A program made the position numbers and the translations under genes. The notes beneath the pieces were generated by a model, which saw only the letters and a program-made list of their open reading frames with translations, was not told the origin of the DNA and searched no databases. From Candidatus Latescibacterota bacterium (lineage in GTDB: Bacteria > Latescibacterota > UBA2968 > UBA8231), in assembly GCA_965223905.1 (NCBI GenBank), contig CBDCXV010000001.1, positions 1,568,001 through 1,632,000 on the forward strand: a stretch of DNA of 64,000 bases, read 5' to 3'. Position 1 is the stretch's first letter. Each line of letters opens with the position of its first letter. Shown piece after piece: positions 20,567-30,076 of the stretch.

Positions 20567-20905
20567 TCACCTGATTACGATTGGGCACTGCTTTACCTGC
20601 TGCCAACCGGGGAGCGATAACCTTCTCACCTGGGCTGCCGAATCAGCGCCACCAGCGCCGCCGTGAATCCCGCGATCTCTTCCGGGGTTCCTTCGTTCAC
20701 GACTTTTCGCAGCGCCTTCCCGATTTTCTCGTCATCGTATCTGTGCTCTTGTACGTATGCCACCGCAGTTTGCAGGTCCAGCGATTTTGACCCTGAAGGT
20801 GTCTCCGGCACCGGCTGCGGGGCGGTCTGATCCGGCATACGGTTGCTATCCGTTTGTTGGCGGTTCGCCTACCTGATCACGATGGGCCCCTGCTCTACCT
20901 GCCGC
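20567..20905 (-). repeat. Duplicated brxC 3' end (20869-20905 and 20567-20603)
   Basis: 29/37 nt identical; the copies encode RQVEQGPIVIR* and QQVKQCPIVIR*. Confidence 0.8.
20626..20838 (-). CDS. Small hypothetical protein (70 aa)
   Basis: ORF fills the gap between the two brxC 3'-end copies; no family recognised. Confidence 0.5.
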   Translation of the reverse strand: MPDQTAPQPVPETPSGSKSLDLQTAVAYVQEHRYDDEKIGKALRKVVNEGTPEEIAGFTAALVALIRQPR

Positions 20906-23900
20906 AGGAGATCCTCCTCCGTCTTCCTCACCCATGCGTCCACATCCTCCGCCGTCCGCAGGGTGGGGCTCTCCAGTTTCACATGACAGATCTCCGGTTC
21001 GACCAGCTTGTCCGCCTCGGCCCGGGCCTGCGCGAACAAGCTGGGGAGGGCGGCAATGCGCGTCCGCCAGGCGTCGAGGGAAATCCGTTCGAGGGATTCC
21101 ACCACTTCCTGTTCGCTGCCGGTCGCGCCCGTAGATGCCTTCGAGATGTGCATTCGCGCGAAAATCGCTTCCCGATTTTTCGGCTCGATCCGCCTCCAAC
21201 TCTCCGTCTCTTCCAGGCGTTTCTGCTCCTCGTCGTAGGTCTCGTCGTAACGATTCTGAGCCTCCGCCAGCGCACTCCGCAGCGCATTCGTCAGGTTCGC
21301 CGCGAGCCCGGGCACCGGATCCGAGGTGTCCAGCAGTCGCCGGTCCGCGACGATCGCTTCGATCTGGGGTTTTGCCTCCAGCGCGGCGTCCAGGCCATCA
21401 GCGTGGCGCGCGAGAGTCTGTAGCCGCTGAAAATCGGGCAGGCGCTTGGTCGCGAGACTGCCTGCCTTGGTCCAGTCCTTGAAGTTAGCCGCGAGCTCGT
21501 CATGCTGACCCAGGACGGCCAGGAGTTGCTCGTTGCCTGCAAGCGACTGAAGGTCCGACAGATGGCGGGTATCGGGGCGCTCGGGTAGCGGGGCATCCCC
21601 GCCCGCGTTCCGGGCAAACTCCTCTAACCTGTGCAGCAACCGGCCTGCGGCCTCGGACTCCTCGTTCGGCTTGCACTCGATCTCCGCTGTTTGAAAGAGG
21701 CTGCGCAGCTTCAGGCGCTGCCGGGTATCGATGGTAGCGCTCTCGATCCGGAAGTCGGCGTTCGGCACTTTCCCCTGATCGAGCCCTCGTGGCTTCAGCG
21801 ACACGCCGTTCGCGGAGGCCCGTAAGTGCCCGGTTTCAAAGAGACTGATGAGGGCCGCGTCGATGGCGTCGCGCGGCCAGCCGAAGGGCGGACCGGAGAA
21901 GTGCGAACGGACCTCCTTTCCCTTTTTCCCTGACCCCACCGACTCCATCACGGCCGAGCACACCGGGTGCTCCTCGGTCTTGCCGCTGTATTCCAGGGCT
22001 TCCAGCGGGTGCTCCGCGCCCCGGCGGGCGCGCTCGATTACGTTCGGCCACCGGTGGTCGTCGGCGTCGCTGAAGCGGTGGAAAAGCCGGTCGAGGGAAG
22101 CGTTTGCGGCTTCCGTTGTTTTCTCAAACAGGCTCAACTCCAATCGTTCATTGCCGCCGCCCTGGAAAACCTTCGCGCCGTTGATGATTTCGGCCACCAG
22201 CGTCTGCTGAGCGTTCTCCGCCTGGGCGTGGCGGGTCTCCATTCCCTGGCGCGCCTCGGTGCCTTCGTCCCCTGCAGGCACGCCCTTGAAATCAAGCGTC
22301 TCCCTTGCGGCACTGCTTTCGGCGATGCGGCGGGCGAGTTCATCGGCGCGGGTCCTGGGCACGAATACGTGGAGCACGGGGCTGTCGGGTCCGGCCGCGC
22401 GCGCGTCGGCGATCACACTGCTCTCATCGGCCCCCCAGCCATCCCGTATCCACACCGGGATGTCGAGGCCGCTTTCCGGCGGGGGCTCGGCACCGAAGTG
22501 CAGCGAGAGCTTTCGAGGCTCCTTGCACCTTCCGTGCACCAGCCGCACGGATCTTACGGCCTCCTGCACCGCGGCGCCGAGAAGCTGGCTGCGCCTACTG
22601 CTCATGCTCGCCAGATCGTTGGCGAGCCGGTTCTGCCGGTTGCGGAATTCGGCTTCCCATTCGCTGCTCTCCCGCGTCTGCAGGCTGTACTCGTCCTCGA
22701 GCTTCATCAGCGTTCCCGCTTCCACCAGCTCGTCGAGGAGCGCCGGAAGCCTCCCCCGCAGGGCGGCCCCTTCCTTGGCCAGGTCCTCAACCAGCAGATC
22801 CGCCAGCGCCCCGGGGGTTGCCCGTACGCCGATGTCCGCGCCGGCTTCGCGCGGGAGCTTGCGGATCAGGAACACCAGGGCGCAGAGCCGGGACTTGAGC
22901 TCGCCATCGGAGGTGCCGTCCCGCAGCTTGACGATGGTCTCGTGAAGCTCGCGCAGCAGCATGCCGGAGTTCAGCAGGTTGGTCTTCAGCTCCTCGAACA
23001 GGAAGTTCGCCGACACCACCGTACCGAGCGGTTTATCGGCCGTGCGGCGGATGGCTTCGTAGACGATGTGCAGCTGCGTGCGCAACTGGCCCGCCATCCC
23101 CGGGCGGTCGACGGCGCGCAGGGTATGTTCCCAGAAGCGCCGGCGAACGGGAAGCAACGGGTAATCCTCCACCAGGACCTGCTTGTCCTCGCCGCGGGGG
23201 CTGATGCGGCTGCCCACGAGGTGACGGTCGATCTCCCCGGCGCTCGCTTCCAGGGCAGCCTCGATGTCGTTGACACGGTCCGGACGTTTCGCCAGGACGA
23301 CCCGCCGGATCACTGTCTCCACGTCCTGGTCGGACAACTCCACGTTGATCCTGAAACGGCCCTGGAGACGCTGCAGCGCCGCGGTGCCCGACAGCGCCGT
23401 CTGTCCGGTGCCCACGAAGAGCAGGCGGTCGCCGAACCGCTTGCTGCAGGCTTCGACCAGATCCTGGACGATATAGGAGCGGTCGGTGCCCTCTCCGATG
23501 TACTGCTGCACCTCGTCGAGGACGATGACGCTGCAGGGCATCCCGCCGTCGGGAGCCAAGGTGTCCTGCAATGCGGCGATGAATCCGTCCGTGGTGATGT
23601 CATTTGGCTTTGGAAACTGGGCGCGCAACGCCGCCCTGGCTTCCCTTTCGCTGTTGGCGAAGCCGGGGTCGGCGGCGAGCAGTGCCTTGGCGATCACCGG
23701 GCTCACATACAGGTCGTTCAGCTCACGCCGAAACTCCCGGCCTTCCGCCTCGACCGTGTCATGCACCTGGTCGTAGATGTTGTTTTTCTTGAGCCAGAGG
23801 CAGAACTGCGCCTGGGGGTAGCTCTCGGGGAGCCCCGCGGATTTGAACACGATCCCGAGCAACGCGAGCCGGACGCTATCCCCGGCGCCGTCGAGCGTTC

Positions 23901-24309
23901 CGGCGGCGGCGTGCAGTCCATTCCCCCGCCGGCCGAGGGTGGAGATCTCGGTCAACAGTTCCTGCACGTCGGCCGGCAACCGGGCGAGGCCCCGGGCGTT
24001 GGCGCCGTCCTCGGGGAAGGTGTGGTCCGACCACAGGAAGCGCAGCATCTTCGCCAGGTGCGACTTGCCGCTGCCGAAGAAGCCGCTGATCCAGGCAGCC
24101 GGCTGCTCCGGCTGACCTTGGTGGCTGATGTAGGATTCCAGGATGCGAACGAGCCCGCTGCGGTACTGTCCTTCGCAGACGAAATGCTCCAGCTCGAAGC
24201 GGAGCGTGCGGCGCTCCTCGTCGGTGGCCGCATCGGTCACGGCCGCGACGCCGTTGTTCAGGAGCGTGATCTTGTCGGGATCTTTCTGGTAGACCGCCCG
24301 GTTCTTCAT
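20869..24309 (-). CDS. brxC: BREX P-loop ATPase BrxC
   Basis: WISGFFGSGKSH Walker A, VLDEVQQYIG Walker B; 1146 aa. Confidence 0.95.
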   Translation of the reverse strand: MKNRAVYQKDPDKITLLNNGVAAVTDAATDEERRTLRFELEHFVCEGQYRSGLVRILESYISHQGQPEQPAAWISGFFGSGKSHLAKMLRFLWSDHTFPEDGANARGLARLPADVQELLTEISTLGRRGNGLHAAAGTLDGAGDSVRLALLGIVFKSAGLPESYPQAQFCLWLKKNNIYDQVHDTVEAEGREFRRELNDLYVSPVIAKALLAADPGFANSEREARAALRAQFPKPNDITTDGFIAALQDTLAPDGGMPCSVIVLDEVQQYIGEGTDRSYIVQDLVEACSKRFGDRLLFVGTGQTALSGTAALQRLQGRFRINVELSDQDVETVIRRVVLAKRPDRVNDIEAALEASAGEIDRHLVGSRISPRGEDKQVLVEDYPLLPVRRRFWEHTLRAVDRPGMAGQLRTQLHIVYEAIRRTADKPLGTVVSANFLFEELKTNLLNSGMLLRELHETIVKLRDGTSDGELKSRLCALVFLIRKLPREAGADIGVRATPGALADLLVEDLAKEGAALRGRLPALLDELVEAGTLMKLEDEYSLQTRESSEWEAEFRNRQNRLANDLASMSSRRSQLLGAAVQEAVRSVRLVHGRCKEPRKLSLHFGAEPPPESGLDIPVWIRDGWGADESSVIADARAAGPDSPVLHVFVPRTRADELARRIAESSAARETLDFKGVPAGDEGTEARQGMETRHAQAENAQQTLVAEIINGAKVFQGGGNERLELSLFEKTTEAANASLDRLFHRFSDADDHRWPNVIERARRGAEHPLEALEYSGKTEEHPVCSAVMESVGSGKKGKEVRSHFSGPPFGWPRDAIDAALISLFETGHLRASANGVSLKPRGLDQGKVPNADFRIESATIDTRQRLKLRSLFQTAEIECKPNEESEAAGRLLHRLEEFARNAGGDAPLPERPDTRHLSDLQSLAGNEQLLAVLGQHDELAANFKDWTKAGSLATKRLPDFQRLQTLARHADGLDAALEAKPQIEAIVADRRLLDTSDPVPGLAANLTNALRSALAEAQNRYDETYDEEQKRLEETESWRRIEPKNREAIFARMHISKASTGATGSEQEVVESLERISLDAWRTRIAALPSLFAQARAEADKLVEPEICHVKLESPTLRTAEDVDAWVRKTEEDLLRQVEQGPIVIR

Positions 24310-24323
24310 TGCTGATATCCTTC

Positions 24324-24881
24324 TCAGTCTTGCTGCGCAGTAATCGGAACCGCGAGGTAGTTCCAGCCGTCCCGTGCGTCCAGCAGGCGATAGTTGCCGT
24401 CTTCATACTCGCCGGGGAAGAACACAGCGATCCGGCCTCTGACATCCCCCTCTACCGTCTTCATCAGCTCCGACACCCGGACGAAACCGAAAAGGGAAGC
24501 AATGCCGTAGACCCCGACGACCGTGTGGTCATCCGCTTCCGGCCCTGTCAGCTTCTGGCGTACAAGTCCGGCCACATGCGCCAGGAATTCGTCGTCGAGC
24601 TTGAGCTCCAGGTCTTGAGGGGACTCGAAGTAGCTGTCCCGATATTCCAGGCCCGCCATCCACTCGGCGAAGGCAGCCGTCAGGTCGCACTCGATCCAGC
24701 GGTGCCCCGCCTCCTTGGTCGCCAGCTCGAAGCGGGGCATGCGCACCCGCAGCCGCCGCTCGTCGGTCCTGTCGTACTGGATGAATATGGTGCGCTGCGC
24801 CCCGGCCAGATCCTTCTGCCATGGAAGGGCGATGTAGCGTTTGTAGCACTCGGCGAGTCTGTCGATGCGCCCCACGATCAA
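24324..24881 (-). CDS. brxB: BREX BrxB (DUF1788)
   Basis: GIASLFGF...VFFPGEYE..YRLL..DGWNYLA motif, directly upstream of brxC. Confidence 0.88.
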   Translation of the reverse strand: MIVGRIDRLAECYKRYIALPWQKDLAGAQRTIFIQYDRTDERRLRVRMPRFELATKEAGHRWIECDLTAAFAEWMAGLEYRDSYFESPQDLELKLDDEFLAHVAGLVRQKLTGPEADDHTVVGVYGIASLFGFVRVSELMKTVEGDVRGRIAVFFPGEYEDGNYRLLDARDGWNYLAVPITAQQD

Positions 24882-25726
24882 TGCTCCCTGACGGTGCCGG
24901 CGATCCCGGTTGGAAAAGATACGTCGATCATGGCGCCGGACTGCTTGAGGTCGAGCAGTCCCAGGCGTTTTGCTGCCCAGGCCAGTTCAACAAGCTCATC
25001 GGCTCCTGCGTCCAGGACCGCGCACCAGGGCGTCTCGAACAGGAGGCGGCCTCGACGGCCCGACCCGAATCCGATCAGGAGCGCGTACACGGTGGCGGCG
25101 GGAGTCGCCTGGACGCGCTGCCTGGTCTTTCTGCTCCTGCCCTGCAGATGGCCGGATTGAGTCCACGAGGAAGAGGCGTTGCGCACGACCTTGTCGAGGA
25201 TGTCTTCGTTAAGACGCTCCTCCGCGATTTCGGACAGGGAGTCCTTCATGGGTTGCCTGGCAAACTCGTGGCCGTGCGGTGTGCGCAGCACGGCTTCCGC
25301 AGTGGCTCGAAGCAGCGGGTCGCGCGCCAGGGCAAGGAGCAGTGCGAGGAGAGGGCGGCTCGATTCGTGACGCGGCCACAAGTCCTTCAGGGCTCGGAAC
25401 AGAAGCAGCCGCGGGTCGAGGCCGTATAGCTCGCTGAGTCGCTGGAGCGAGAGCTTGCGGGTTGCCGAAGTGAGCTTGCCCAGGCAGTTCTCCGCCATGA
25501 TGGCGTGCGCATAGTCCCGGCGGGAGGCCTCGATAGGAGCCGCATCCAGCAGATCCGACAGCTCATCGAGCATGATCGTACGGCTCGTATGGGTTCCCCG
25601 CTCACCACTGCGGAATCCCCAGAGAGCCGTCTGGTTCGGTGGGAGCTTGGCGATATCACGCTCGAAATCAAGGGCGGAAATCGCATTCATGAATGGGGAA
25701 GATACCGTTTGATTTGAGAGCGTCAA
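24878..25726 (-). CDS. brxA: BrxA-like first gene of the BREX operon
   Basis: Position and size. GTHTSRT..ENCLGK..LYGLD..SSWTQSGHL motifs are typical of this BREX subtype; start codon uncertain. Confidence 0.6.
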   Translation of the reverse strand: MTLSNQTVSSPFMNAISALDFERDIAKLPPNQTALWGFRSGERGTHTSRTIMLDELSDLLDAAPIEASRRDYAHAIMAENCLGKLTSATRKLSLQRLSELYGLDPRLLLFRALKDLWPRHESSRPLLALLLALARDPLLRATAEAVLRTPHGHEFARQPMKDSLSEIAEERLNEDILDKVVRNASSSWTQSGHLQGRSRKTRQRVQATPAATVYALLIGFGSGRRGRLLFETPWCAVLDAGADELVELAWAAKRLGLLDLKQSGAMIDVSFPTGIAGTVREH

Positions 25727-25727
25727 C

Positions 25728-25753
25728 TTTCGCCGGCTGGTTTGCCGGCGAAA
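25728..25753. promoter_or_regulatory. 10-bp perfect inverted repeat immediately upstream of the BREX operon
   Basis: TTTCGCCGGC-N6-GCCGGCGAAA. Confidence 0.4.
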
Positions 25754-25950
25754 ATATGCTTTCGATTCGCTCTTTGTGGGTCGGTTTTTCTTCAGCTCGG
25801 AAAGCTAGACCTATTTGCCGTGGTCCAACTACATTTAGATAAGGCAAGGCACCCGGAATGGGTTGCATGGGATCGCATCCGAATTTCTCTTCCCTCCCCC
25901 GGAAATGGCCCAACCACTGCCGAAGGCCTCCCCAACCGGAGCAAATCCCC

Positions 25951-26970
25951 ATGAACCCTGAAATACCTCACACCGTCGCAACCGACCCGGGCATCGCCTG
26001 GACAAAGGACGAGGCGGTCGCCATCGACGCCCCTCCGGACAACGACACAGACCCCGCTCCCGAGGCGCGCTGGCCTCCCGCAGCCGTCCGCACCGGGTTG
26101 TGCGGGGCCGTGTCGCCCAACGTGGTCCCTCTTCCCGGGGGCGGCTACCGCATGTACTACACCCAGTTAACCCCGCGGCCCGGGTACCCTGCCGGCGCAA
26201 ACGACTACGACAACTGCACCGCGCGGATTCTCAGCGCCGTCTCCGCGGACGGGTCTTCCTGGACCCCGGAGCCTGGGGTGCGCCTTTCACCGAGGGACGG
26301 CGGGGCAGGGGAGTTCCGCGTCGTCAGCTCGGACGTCGTTCCGATCCCCGGGGGCGGCGGCAGGCTGCGGATGTATTTCGAGTGTTGCCCGGGGACCCAG
26401 GAGGGCGGCAGCACCATTCGCAGCGCCGTCTCCGACGACGGCCTCGACTGGAAGCTGGAACCCGGCGAGCGCCTGGAGTCCGGCAGCTTCAACTCCCCCC
26501 GCCTGCTCCACCTCGACGGCGGCACCTGCCGGCTCTACTGCAGCGACCGCTCAGGCGGCATCGCCAGCGCCCTCTCCGGCGACGGCGGCCTCACCTTCCG
26601 CATGGAACCGGGCAAGCGGATCGAGCAGGAGCTGCCGTACGAAGCGGCCACCGCGTTCGCCCCGGAGGTCCTGCGCATCGACAGCGGAGGCTACCGCATG
26701 TACTACGCCGGGTACAGCGACCGGACCCGGGCTTACGTCCTGACCGCGGCGTCGGAAGACGGCCTGGAATGGACCAAGGAGCCGGAGCCGGTCGTCGCCC
26801 CGGGCAGCCCGCTGGACCGCGCCAAGTGCTCGGAGATGTGCGTCGCTCAGCTGCCGGGGGTTGCCGGCGAGCCTCCGCGCTACCGCCTGTTCTACGAGGC
26901 CTGCGACGGCACCGCCCCTGAGGACCGGGGCGTCTGGCGTATCCTCAGCGCCACTTCCGCAATCGCCTGA
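25951..26970 (+). CDS. Five-bladed beta-propeller glycoside-hydrolase-like protein
   Basis: Repeated YRMYY...SAxSxDGxxW blades. Confidence 0.7.
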   Translation: MNPEIPHTVATDPGIAWTKDEAVAIDAPPDNDTDPAPEARWPPAAVRTGLCGAVSPNVVPLPGGGYRMYYTQLTPRPGYPAGANDYDNCTARILSAVSADGSSWTPEPGVRLSPRDGGAGEFRVVSSDVVPIPGGGGRLRMYFECCPGTQEGGSTIRSAVSDDGLDWKLEPGERLESGSFNSPRLLHLDGGTCRLYCSDRSGGIASALSGDGGLTFRMEPGKRIEQELPYEAATAFAPEVLRIDSGGYRMYYAGYSDRTRAYVLTAASEDGLEWTKEPEPVVAPGSPLDRAKCSEMCVAQLPGVAGEPPRYRLFYEACDGTAPEDRGVWRILSATSAIA

Positions 26971-27258
26971 GGGGGCCCCTCCCGAGCTGCCGGGATTCCC
27001 GAGGCCGTCCGCGCCAGAAGGGAGGCGAGCCGAGCTGGTGAGAGTCCGAACCCGTGGCCGCCCGCCCGACCCGGTCTGAGGGGATGCCAGGAACTGCGGG
27101 ATTCCCCGTGCCTTTCGACCCGACCAGCCCCGGCCTCAGGACCGGGTTCAGCAATCACGACCGCAGCTGATTTACCCGCCGACCCGCCCGGGAACGCCGC
27201 CCGCCAACCAGGCCTGAAACGGGCCCCCAGACCCGGCCCGCAGAACCGCCCCCCATCC

Positions 27259-28359
27259 TCAAGACCACGCCTGCCGAAAAAAGCGCAGCGCGTTCCCGTG
27301 CAGGATGCCCTCGACCTCCGCGCCCCCGATCCCGGCCTCGCCCAGCACCCCGGAAAACCCCTGCAGGTCGGCGATGGTGTCGATCCCGATCGGGGTCAGC
27401 TCGGCGCCGAAGCCCCCGTCCATGTCGGTGCCGATGGCGACGTTGGCGAGCGAGCCCCCGGCCAGCTCCGAGATCCTCTCGATATGGGGCAGCAACCCCT
27501 CCATCCCGTACTTCGCCTCCCGCGGCACCTCGAACAGCTCCTCGGTCCATTCGAACTCCGGGTTCATGAAGTACTGGCAGAACACCAGCCCGATGATCCC
27601 GCCGCGCCTTGCCAACTCGGCGATCATGTCGTCGGTGAGGTGCCGCTGCCCGGGAACGACGGCGCGGCTGACGCAGTGGGATGCCATCACCGGGCCGTCC
27701 CAGAGGTCGAACGACTCCCACACCGCCCGGTCGGCCATGTGGGTGATGTCGAGGATGATCCCCGCCTCGCGCATCGCCCGGAACAGCTCCGCCGCCGGCG
27801 GCTTCAGCCCGCCCTCGGTGAAGGTCCCGTGGATGTAGGTATTGTGCCCGAAGTGGGCGGGCCCGACGACGCGCAGCCCGGCGTCCCACCAGAAGCCGAC
27901 GTCCTCCGGGCCGGCGATCGGGTCGGCGCTCTCCATCGACAGGATGTGGTACACCGGGGTGCCGGGCGCCGGGTTTTTCCAAGCCTCGACCGCGGCTTCG
28001 AGATCGCCGAGCGAGGTCACCGGGGCGATCTCCCCTCGGCGCGCCATGGCCCGGTAGTACTCGAGATGGCCGCGGCCCATGGCGATCGCCTGCTCCTGGG
28101 TGCGCATGCCGTCGCGGCGCTTGCGGTAGCGCGGCTCGGTGCGCGACATGATGGTGCTGAGCATGATGCCGACCGAGCCCCGCCGCATCTCGGGAAAGGT
28201 CACCGTGCAGGAACCGGTGTCGTAGTCGTCGGCGACCTGCGGGATCTCGCTCCTCTCCTGCTCGCGGACCTCGTGCGCCGTCAGGGTCAGGTCGCGGTTC
28301 CAGAAGAGGGCGTCCCACGCCAGGTCGAGATGCAGGTCGATGATCAGTGGTTGTGACAT
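27259..28359 (-). CDS. Membrane dipeptidase (peptidase M19) family protein
   Basis: DLHLD, LSMESAD, DITH, ASH and IGTDMDGG motifs. Confidence 0.9.
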   Translation of the reverse strand: MSQPLIIDLHLDLAWDALFWNRDLTLTAHEVREQERSEIPQVADDYDTGSCTVTFPEMRRGSVGIMLSTIMSRTEPRYRKRRDGMRTQEQAIAMGRGHLEYYRAMARRGEIAPVTSLGDLEAAVEAWKNPAPGTPVYHILSMESADPIAGPEDVGFWWDAGLRVVGPAHFGHNTYIHGTFTEGGLKPPAAELFRAMREAGIILDITHMADRAVWESFDLWDGPVMASHCVSRAVVPGQRHLTDDMIAELARRGGIIGLVFCQYFMNPEFEWTEELFEVPREAKYGMEGLLPHIERISELAGGSLANVAIGTDMDGGFGAELTPIGIDTIADLQGFSGVLGEAGIGGAEVEGILHGNALRFFRQAWS

Positions 28360-28499
28360 GCGCTGCCCTCCGTTAGTATGTGCGCTCCGCCAGTTGGAGC
28401 CGGCAATATATGAAGTCCCGCGAACCGGGCGCTTCTTCCGCTCGAGCCGCCATTTCCTCCTGACAGGACCCTCGCAATCCGCAGCGGAAAGTTCCCCCC

Positions 28500-28808
28500 G
28501 TGAACCCAAGGTACCAGATCGTCATCTACTGGAGCGACAACGACCGCAGCTTCGTCGCCGAAGTGCCGGAGCTCGACGGCCTCGAGGTCCTCGGGGAGAG
28601 CTACGAGGAGGCGCTCGCAAAGGCCAGGACCGCGATGGCGGAATGGATCGACAGGGCCCGCGCCGACGGAGAGGAAATCCCCGAGCCGCTGGGCCGCGTC
28701 GAGGTCGCCCCGAAGACCGGCCGCGCCGGCCGGCGGCAGGAGCGCATCGACAAGCGCCGCCGCCGAAGGGAGAAGGGGCGCCGGGAGCGGCGCGACGCCG
28801 CGGAGTAG
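28500..28808 (+). CDS. hicB: HicB-family antitoxin with Arg-rich tail, no hicA
   Basis: YQIVIYWSD.D..FVAEVPEL.G...GESYEEAL....GEEIPEP. Confidence 0.85.
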   Translation: MNPRYQIVIYWSDNDRSFVAEVPELDGLEVLGESYEEALAKARTAMAEWIDRARADGEEIPEPLGRVEVAPKTGRAGRRQERIDKRRRRREKGRRERRDAAE

Positions 28809-28833
28809 TGCCTGTCCGCACACATTCTGCGCG

Positions 28834-28975
28834 AATCCGGCTCGCCGATACAGTCCGTCCCGCGGCGATGCTTTCGCTCGCGGTCACAGTACGGCTCGGG
28901 CGCCTTGCCGGCCGGAGGCATCGGCAAAAGGACGCAGTTTGTCCTCGCCCTCGTCCGTACGCTTGCCGGCGCGCA
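28834..28975 (+). repeat. Palindromic MITE/REP-like element, copy 1
   Basis: Shares the blocks AATCCGGCTCGCCG, GCG(A/T)TGC(T/C)TTCGCTCGC and CGCCCTCGT(C/T)CGTACGCTT, in order, with the reverse complement of 35095-35185. Confidence 0.6.
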
Positions 28976-29161
28976 GCAGGCTTGGACCCGGTTGAAGGCT
29001 CCCCGGCGCCGGGAGCGGCGCGAACGCAACGGGCAAGGAATGCTGCCTCCCCGCGCAGGCACCAGGTTGAATGCTGCACTGCCCCGGGGCCTCGCGGCTT
29101 CGCCGCAGTGTCGCTGCCGAGGGCCCATGAATTCCCAAGTCAATAACCGAAGGAGACCGCC

Positions 29162-30076
29162 ATGGCCAGCAGGCCGATCCAGATTCTCATCGTAGCCGCC
29201 CACCCGGCCGACAGCTTCGACCAGGCCGGAGGCACCGCCGCCCACCACGTCGCCCAGGGAGACAGGGTGACCGCCCTGGTCGCCACCACCGGGGTGCGCT
29301 CCCACCACTGGCAGCTCGCCGAGGAGAAGCGCCGGAAGGGGGGCGGCCTCGACATCGAGGAGCGCGTACAGGCCGCTGTCGAGGAGAAGCTCGAGGAGAC
29401 GCGCCGCGCCTGCCGCATCCTCGGGTTCGACGACGTGCGCGACCTCGGCTTCGAGGACGACGACATCCTCGTCACCCAGGACAAGGTCGAGGCGATCGCT
29501 TCGGCGATCCGCGAGGTCAGGCCGGACGTCATCATCACCCACCACCCGTACGAGACCGCCGGCCTCAAGATGCACGGCACTATCGGCCAGTGCACGGTCT
29601 ACGCCTCGCAGCTGGCCAGCGGCACCGGCCGCGGCACCGAGCAGCGGCACGTGGTCCCGGCCATCTATTTCATGAACCCGATCGCCTACGTCGGCAGCAA
29701 CAGCCTCGAGTACGCGAGCACCTGCCGCGTCGATCTCTACGTCGACATCAGCGACGTCATCGACCTCAAGGTCCGGGCCCTCGACCAGATCGGCAGCCAG
29801 TACTACGGCGGCCCGTACGCGCGCAAGCGCTCCGAGACCTCGGACGGGGCCTACGGGCAGAAGGCGTCGGTCGCCTACGCCGAGCCTTTCCAGCGCTACA
29901 CGCCGATGGTCCGCTACACCCTGCCGGTGACCGACGCCGAGCTCACCGCCAACGACACCGCCCCCGGGGAGACGATGGGCCGCCGCAGCGAAATCGTCGG
30001 CGGGCTGATGCCCCTGGAAGGCGGGGATGCCTACACCTCGGAGCACCGCTTCAGCAAAGAGCAGTACGATGACTGA
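29162..30076 (+). CDS. PIG-L/LmbE family deacetylase
   Basis: AAHPADS (HPDD variant), IREVRPDVIITHHP, YVDISDVIDLK, YAEPF. Confidence 0.85.
   Translation: MASRPIQILIVAAHPADSFDQAGGTAAHHVAQGDRVTALVATTGVRSHHWQLAEEKRRKGGGLDIEERVQAAVEEKLEETRRACRILGFDDVRDLGFEDDDILVTQDKVEAIASAIREVRPDVIITHHPYETAGLKMHGTIGQCTVYASQLASGTGRGTEQRHVVPAIYFMNPIAYVGSNSLEYASTCRVDLYVDISDVIDLKVRALDQIGSQYYGGPYARKRSETSDGAYGQKASVAYAEPFQRYTPMVRYTLPVTDAELTANDTAPGETMGRRSEIVGGLMPLEGGDAYTSEHRFSKEQYDD

Noticed and set aside
5330-24315. Long plus-strand ORFs (818 aa at 5330, 498 aa at 7458, 782 aa at 21967) and similar ones elsewhere
   Set aside because: Antisense shadows of real genes in high-GC DNA; no motifs.
3251-25950. att sites or an integrase delimiting the BREX region
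   Set aside because: No flanking direct repeat, tRNA or recombinase seen.
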